Positions 16,714-19,738 of a DNA stretch of 19,738 nucleotides are shown here, one piece after another. The number at the start of each line of letters is the position of its first letter. Positions within the stretch are counted from its first letter, which is position 1. Source of the stretch: Candidatus Jordarchaeia archaeon (GTDB lineage: Archaea; Asgardarchaeota; Jordiarchaeia; Jordiarchaeales; Jordiarchaeaceae); contig JAHQXB010000130.1 of assembly GCA_029856435.1 (NCBI GenBank), positions 1 through 19,738 on the forward strand. Direction: 5' to 3'. The notes below the pieces were generated by a model, which was not told the DNA's origin, searched no databases, and saw nothing but the letters and a program-made list of their open reading frames with translations. The position numbers and the translations under genes were made by a program.

Positions 16714-17382
16714 TCAATCTTCCACAATGAGGTAGGGAAGTATTTCTCTCATATCTTTCAAGTTTAGGATAATTTTGGCATGTTTTTTGAGGGCTTCTGA
16801 TGGGTTGACTGCTATGCTGTATTTTGCCTTCATGAACATGGGTATGTCCATCTCATCGTTGCCTATGACTGCGCATTCTGAGGGGTCAAGTCCTGCTTCT
16901 TGGGCTACTTTTAGGAATAGTTCTGCTTTTTTCACGGCGTCCACTGGTGGAGCTGTGAGCCTGCCGGTAAACTTGCCATCCACAACCTCCGCAGAGTGGC
17001 TGTAAACATAATCTAGTCCCAATTTTTGCTTGATGGCTTGAAGTGCAGTGTTGCTGCCGCCACAACTTATAAGGGCAACTAGGTATCCCGCCTTCTTCAG
17101 TTTTTGAATGGTTTCCTCTGCTCCCACCCTTAGCTTGAGTTCTTTCATCAGTTGTAGGGCTCTCTCAACCTCCACACCCTCCCAATACTTTGCAGAGTTA
17201 ATTATGGCTTCTTCAAAGGAAATTTTCCTAGATCTCAAATCTTTAAGGATCCTTCCAACCTCATTCTGTATTCCCAAACTTTTTGCCAATTCTACGCTGT
17301 GGCTGTCTCCATCGTATAAAACCCCGTCAAAGTCAAAAACCACCATTCGCAGCTCTTTACCCTCAAACTGGACTCTTCTCAT
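16714..17382 (-). CDS. HAD-superfamily phosphatase, phosphoserine-phosphatase (SerB)-like
   Basis: Motif I FDFDGV, motif II ISCG, DGKFTG...K, motif IV GNDEMD. ATG 17382 follows GAGGTG. Confidence 0.82.
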   Translation of the reverse strand: MRRVQFEGKELRMVVFDFDGVLYDGDSHSVELAKSLGIQNEVGRILKDLRSRKISFEEAIINSAKYWEGVEVERALQLMKELKLRVGAEETIQKLKKAGYLVALISCGGSNTALQAIKQKLGLDYVYSHSAEVVDGKFTGRLTAPPVDAVKKAELFLKVAQEAGLDPSECAVIGNDEMDIPMFMKAKYSIAVNPSEALKKHAKIILNLKDMREILPYLIVED

Positions 17383-17694
17383 CAAGCGCACCTCTATTTT
17401 TAACTTTCTTCCAAACATTCACTTAATAACTAATTAAATTTGTCTCTAACAATAGCAGTCCTTGTCACTCTTTTCTTTTTCCCCTTTAAGGAATAATAGA
17501 ATTAGAATTCCTCTTTAACAGTGAGAAGCGTTGATCCTTGTGCCTTCCGCCCCATAAGTTGTAGGTAAAAACTTTGAGAAACCATAGAGGAGAAGCGCAG
17601 CTAGGAGAGGGGGCTAGGGGAAAGTTGACTTCTTGGGGATATTGTTGGAAGAGTTAAGCTGTTTCTTACGCGGTTGGTTGTGTTTCTGGTTTTT

Positions 17695-18264
17695 CTAGTT
17701 TTCGGGTTTCGATATGGAGATGCCTGCATCTTCTAGCATTTCGATTTGGAATCCGTACCACCAGTCTGGTACTTGTAGAATGTCTTTTTCTCTTATTTTT
17801 TCAAAGAGTTTTGCCTCTTGCACTTCTTTTCCGGGTTTCAATTTTCCCCCTATGGTTCTTGTAGAAAAGGCGATTAGTTTTGCGTCTACCTTTTGTCCCT
17901 GGTTTAAGAAGCGGAAAATGTAAACCCCTAAAAGCTTCTCCACTTCGACCTCCAGGCCCAACTCCTCCCTTATTTCCCTAATAACAGCCTCCTCGTAACT
18001 CTCGTGAGGTTCTGGTTTTCCCCCGGCGAGGATCCAACCATCCATACTCATAGGCAGGCCGTAGGCGTCCCTAACAACTACTGGTTTTTTAATCATTACC
18101 ACTCCTCCCCCCATCTTAACTACGGCGACAACCCTCACCCATTCCTCATTTTTAAAATAGTCAAAGATGGATTTCACCACCGGGATTTCCACAACTCTTT
18201 TTCTAGCATTTTTGTAGCGGGACAGAAGTGAATCAAGAGATTCCATATCTAACACCAAGCCCAA
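17695..18264 (-). CDS. NUDIX hydrolase
   Basis: Complete Nudix box GGKPEPHESYEEAVIREIREELGL. Start is TTG 18264 or ATG 18246. Confidence 0.88.
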   Translation of the reverse strand: MGLVLDMESLDSLLSRYKNARKRVVEIPVVKSIFDYFKNEEWVRVVAVVKMGGGVVMIKKPVVVRDAYGLPMSMDGWILAGGKPEPHESYEEAVIREIREELGLEVEVEKLLGVYIFRFLNQGQKVDAKLIAFSTRTIGGKLKPGKEVQEAKLFEKIREKDILQVPDWWYGFQIEMLEDAGISISKPEN

Positions 18265-18305
18265 AAATTCGAATACAATAATATATTTACCTTGTAAAAA
18301 TTTTA

Positions 18306-18785
18306 TTATTCATCCCGACTTTTTGAACCCACATATTTTTCTGATTCTGGGCCATACTCTCTGATTACTCTCCGATACAGGGCAAAGGCGGCGAATGCGA
18401 AGAATATGATAATCGTTATTATGGTCAATGTCAGACTGGCAAACTTTAACAGTGTTATTCCGAAACCCAAGGAGTAGCCTGTGGGCAGCCTAATGTAATT
18501 TTTACTCTCCCTGCCAAGGGCGCTCTGGGTCCACCAATCAATCATGGCGGGCATAGCCAGAATAATCGCCAAAAACAGGCTCAAATACTCCCCCAAATTT
18601 GGAACAATTGAGAATGACAATAACACTATTCCGGTGATAAATCCCAGAGTAGTACCGGTGCACCGGGCACAGAGATGGATCTTCCGACCCAAAATCTTCA
18701 AACCAATAGTTCTGTCAAGATGCTCCTCTGTATGATGCGACAAAAGGTAAAGTAGGGCCTTCTTTAAATCCTCTTTACTAACCAT
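18306..18785 (-). CDS. DUF2085-like membrane protein
   Basis: LCARCTG, PAMIDWWTQ..GRESKN.IRLPTG...G. ATG 18785 gives MVSKEDL. Confidence 0.78.
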   Translation of the reverse strand: MVSKEDLKKALLYLLSHHTEEHLDRTIGLKILGRKIHLCARCTGTTLGFITGIVLLSFSIVPNLGEYLSLFLAIILAMPAMIDWWTQSALGRESKNYIRLPTGYSLGFGITLLKFASLTLTIITIIIFFAFAAFALYRRVIREYGPESEKYVGSKSRDE

Positions 18786-19276
18786 TAAACCACCAAGCCA
18801 AAATTCAGAAATCCAAACTCCAAAACCTTCCAATCGTATACATATTTGACTCGATGATGTTAAATTTGTTTTGTTTCACCTCCACCGCTTAACCATCCTA
18901 CTTCTAGGTGAGGGAAAAACACCATCCCCCTCCACTTTTTGGAATGTTAAAAACATAAATACAATAGAGCGTTCTTGATAACCTACATACACTTACGAAT
19001 TACAGATAAACGCCATTACCTTACGCGTCCCAAGTGAATAGGAAAAATTCGGTTTTTCATGTGAAGGTTCATACATTTACGCGTTTGGGATAAGTATGAT
19101 AACATGTTTTTGTAGCAAATAAAGGAAAATGGGTTTAAGTGCTGGCGAGTCATTTCACATTCTATTAGCAAAAGCTATTTTTGTAAATTCTCATCCTTCC
19201 TAAAAAAGCTAAAAAAAGGGTTCTCTCCAAAATTTTTGCGTATCAGAAAATATTTAACTTGTTGATGCTGTATGTA

Positions 19277-19424
19277 TTTAGCTGTTGTGATTAAGTAACG
19301 GATACTGGGGCTCTAAACGAAGGAAGGCTTTTCTGGCTAATGCTTCCCACCCCAAAAAAGCCAAAATAGCCCTCCCTTCGGGGAAAGGAAGCATATAACA
19401 CCAGGTCGGCTCCCAAGAGCTAAA
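19277..19424 (+). ncRNA. Candidate structured non-coding RNA or cis-regulatory leader (unidentified)
   Basis: ORF-free. TATA-like GAAAATATTTAAC at 19246-19258. Closing stem 19277-19290/19411-19424 (12/14 pairs), helix 19340-19347/19387-19394 (8/8), UCCC-UUCG-GGGA hairpin at 19373-19384. T-tract near 19456-19461. Confidence 0.45.
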
Positions 19425-19682
19425 CACCCATTTGATGCTTTATTAATAAAGAGTCTTTTTTGCTTTGCCTCTCTACGCCCCAGATATGTGAGGAGCTTTT
19501 AAAAGTTTGTATCTCCCTCTTGGTTTTGGCAGAATTTTTCGAAGTGCAGTGTTGGGGGTGGTGACTGTTAGTTTCCCAACAGTTTTCAGCCTTTTATGAC
19601 GCTTCAAAACTAGGACAGCGCCCCGCAGAAGGTTGGATTTGGCTTGGAAAAAAGAGGGGGTGGTTGGGGGGTGAACTGCCTC

Positions 19683-19738
19683 GTGAAGCTGCTGGTTTTC
19701 GAACCGCCCTACTCCTCTTTGTCCAATTCCCCTAGGAG
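19683..19738 (+). CDS. Possible N-terminus of a gene running off the window
   Basis: GGTGA at 19670-19674, then GTG AAG CTG CTG GTT TTC GAA CCG CCC TAC (MKLLVFEPPY...), open to the window end. Loosely like B12-binding radical-SAM N-termini, but only 18 codons are visible. Confidence 0.3.
   Translation, partial: MKLLVFEPPYSSLSNSPR

Noticed and set aside
17695-18264. NUDIX as the MutT partner of Fpg (GO system)
   Set aside because: It is about 13 kb from fpg, and the Nudix box alone does not specify 8-oxo-dGTPase activity.
1033-18735. Numerous short ORFs overlapping or antisense to the called genes (e.g. 1033-1419, 4261-4650, 8607-9044, 11506-12051, 14674-15096)
   Set aside because: These are shadow frames of well-supported genes, with no motifs or ribosome-binding sites of their own.
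19300-19350. Fluoride-riboswitch resemblance (UAAACG...GCUAAUG...CCCAC)
   Set aside because: The conserved GAUGG segment and P1 stem are missing, and no crcB-type gene is adjacent.
19262-19439. TTGATGCT direct repeats (19262-19269, 19432-19439) as a TSD of another element
   Set aside because: The enclosed ends mismatch at the terminal bases, unlike transposon TIRs. The internal pairing fits an RNA stem better.
19612-19632. ACAGCGCCCCGCAG resembling part of a cobalamin riboswitch
   Set aside because: The upstream AGGGAA/GGUG-AA-UCC core is absent.

Overview
Archaeal chromosomal window. GGAG/GGTGA ribosome-binding sites, TATA-like boxes, T-tract terminators and frequent TTG/GTG starts support this; an Asgard- or Bathyarchaeia-like host is only an inference. 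Left to right: a frameshifted IS630 transposase remnant; an HdrD/GlpC-like CCG-domain Fe-S protein; an fpg-polX pair; a small Lys-rich half-ferritin-like protein; a Zn-ribbon/MJ1316 (DUF504) protein; modE plus a translationally coupled mop; a PAP2-like membrane protein; an AbrB-PhoU regulator; a disrupted membrane-protein gene; an amidohydrolase, three geranylgeranyl-reductase-family paralogs and an M20 hydrolase; then a HAD phosphatase, a NUDIX hydrolase and a DUF2085 protein on the minus strand. The strongest unannotated signal is two diverged copies of a 109-bp MITE-like element (9569-9677 and 10462-10570). Each has imperfect GGTGATG-type terminal inverted repeats and a perfect 9-bp target-site duplication. 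One copy interrupts the membrane-protein gene, and removing it restores the reading frame across the insertion. Also notable are a candidate ~150-nt structured RNA near 19277-19424 and a G/T-rich to A/C-rich gradient from the 5' to the 3' end of many genes. All family assignments come from motif recognition by eye; no searches were run.
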